From contig CBDCTK010000002.1 in NCBI GenBank assembly GCA_965222225.1, forward strand, positions 3,872,001-3,936,000: 64,000 nucleotides of DNA, read 5' to 3'. The position numbers were made by a program, and so were the translations under genes. The notes under the pieces are model-generated. The model was given only the letters and a program-made list of their open reading frames with translations. It did not search any database and had not been told where the DNA came from. Origin of the DNA: Candidatus Poribacteria bacterium. Its GTDB lineage: Bacteria > Poribacteria > WGA-4E > JAJDTR01. Shown in pieces: positions 62,441 through 64,000 of the stretch; position 1 is the first letter of the stretch, and the number at the start of each line of letters is the position of its first letter.

Positions 62441-62656
62441 TTTGTCCCGCATTGGAAAGATGTACCATTACTCGTAGGCCAAGTTCCGTAGACGGGGCAT
62501 CTTGCCCCGTATTGGAAAAACTTGATTGACACCTCTAATGCCCGGCAAATTAAGACAAATCGTATTCCTAGCTTCCAACCCGCCCGTTTGGAGGGCGAAT
62601 CCGATTCCCGCTGACGATATCGCCAATCATCCGACAGCATACACAGCGCCTCTTTT

Positions 62657-63562
62657 ATGTACACAATCCTCGCCATCCTTCTGACCTCCATCTGCTCATT
62701 AGGGCATTCGGTAGATGTACCACCGAGTGAGGCCCAACCTACAGAAAAACAGTTGCTCTATGCCGAGCAACTCTTCGACGCCCGTACCTACAGTCCCTCC
62801 ATTCTTGAGTACAAGCGTTTCCTTTTTTACCAACCACATACCGAAATGGCGGATTTTGCCCGCTATCGCATTGTCCAAGCGCACTACTACCAAGGTAACC
62901 GCGGATACTCCCGGCAACTTTTCGGGGAATTCATGGAAACCTTTCCCGAATCTCCGCTGTATCACCACGCCCAGCTAATGCTCGGAAAAACTCACCTGGA
63001 CGACCAAGAATACGCCACGGCTCGATCTACTTTCTTTCGGATTCTGCAAGCAAATGGAGATGAACGTTTGTTGGTACAAGCCCAATACCTGCGCGGATGG
63101 TGCTATGTACACGATCGAAACTGGTTTAAGGCGATAGCAGAATTCCGCAACGTCCATCAACTGCGCGGGGAGAATCGTCAGGCTGGAACTTTAGACGCCC
63201 GTTTGGAACAAACCGCTACCAAACTTGCCGACACAACCCTCGCCAATACACCGTTGCCGTTAAAGTCGCCGAAACTTGCCCAACTGTTGTCCACGGTTGT
63301 CCCCGGGAGCGGGCAAATCTACGCCGGCAAGACCCGCAACGGTCTTATCTCTTTAGGAATCAATGCCGCATTTTTTTACCTGTTAACGGATTCGGTTGTC
63401 GATAAGCGTTACGTTGATGCGGTGGGAATCTTTCTGGTGGGTTCCCGGTTCTATTCGGGAAATCGCCACAATGCGAAGAAGTGGGCGATGGAGCATAACC
63501 GAGATCTTGAGACGGGCTTGATTGAGCGATTAAAAAATATCGAGCGTGAAATCATTGAATAG
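62657..63562 (+). CDS. Exported TPR (BamD-like) protein with C-terminal membrane domain
   Basis: Signal peptide; TPRs; KSP.LA.LLS.VVPGSGQIYAG motif. Confidence 0.75.
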   Translation: MYTILAILLTSICSLGHSVDVPPSEAQPTEKQLLYAEQLFDARTYSPSILEYKRFLFYQPHTEMADFARYRIVQAHYYQGNRGYSRQLFGEFMETFPESPLYHHAQLMLGKTHLDDQEYATARSTFFRILQANGDERLLVQAQYLRGWCYVHDRNWFKAIAEFRNVHQLRGENRQAGTLDARLEQTATKLADTTLANTPLPLKSPKLAQLLSTVVPGSGQIYAGKTRNGLISLGINAAFFYLLTDSVVDKRYVDAVGIFLVGSRFYSGNRHNAKKWAMEHNRDLETGLIERLKNIEREIIE

Positions 63563-63605
63563 CGCGATAATTGTTAGGAATTACGCAGTTCGGTTGTAGT
63601 AGCGA

Positions 63606-63650
63606 TCAAGGAAGATCAAGCGAATGTATATAGTGAATGCGATAGATGTC
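63606..63650 (+). repeat. Nested micro-element after GTAGTAGCGA, abutting the IS1 end
   Basis: TCAAGGAAGA-TCAAGCGAATGTATATAGTGAATGCGATAGATGTCT. Confidence 0.75.
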
Positions 63651-63651
63651 T

Positions 63652-64000
63652 GAGAGTGTTTACACAAAGATAGATAAGGCAATCTGCTGATACTGACGGA
63701 AGACCTCTTGGTCGGTCAAAGCAGTCCATAACTTCATGGCATTGTCCACCATCTCAAGTTTCTTGGATACTATTTTGGTGCGGCGTGTGAATCGTCCAAG
63801 ATGATGGCGTGTATTGCTGTTATCACGTTCGACTGTTGCTGTCCCTGATTTCCCGATGTGATGACGCTCCGCAGGAAGTACCTTGGCAAACGCTTCCCAA
63901 TTGCCAGTGTAATACTGGCAATCACTTAAGTGTTTCACTTTGTCGAATAGCCGTCTGAAGGTATGAGCATCACGACCACCGATAACCCAGGCAACGGTTT
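63652..64000 (-). mobile_element. IS1-family transposase, 3' part (continues beyond the window)
   Basis: TVAWVIGGRD..TF.RL, YYTGNW, H.IGK..T..VER.N...RH.L.RF.RRT...SK pattern. Confidence 0.85.

Noticed and set aside
301-63160. Numerous antisense or overlapping ORFs in the six-frame track (e.g. 9446-10003, 35678-36310, 55208-55804, 61112-61918)
   Set aside because: Shadows of well-supported genes on the opposite strand with no recognisable motifs.

Overview
Bacterial chromosomal window. The secreted proteins ending in LLPNYPNPFNPET-FlgD-Ig, with cohesin/dockerin/LRR/WD40 modules, resemble those of Candidatus Poribacteria (inference). Housekeeping and metabolic genes include lutABC, tsaB, ino1, glxK, hldA-gmhB, ferredoxin, lpdA, metK-ahcY and rpsA. 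There are two Rsb-type partner-switching clusters, three IS elements (IS5/ISL2-like decayed, IS701 apparently intact, IS1 partial), and a HEPN gene frameshifted by an 11-bp duplication. The main unexplained signal is a tiny (35-36 bp), non-palindromic element with no terminal repeats, consensus TCAA-NN-GA-NN-GRATA-NN-GA-NN-GCGATAG-NN(N)-ATYYY, seen by eye at about 25 loci. It usually sits right after a GA dinucleotide with no target duplication. It lands inside GTAG-type REP hairpins and MITEs (filled and empty sites are both in the window), nests inside copies of itself, has inserted in frame into a coding gene, and varies at fixed dinucleotide positions. No mobilising enzyme for it is visible here. 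All calls are by eye; no database searches were run.
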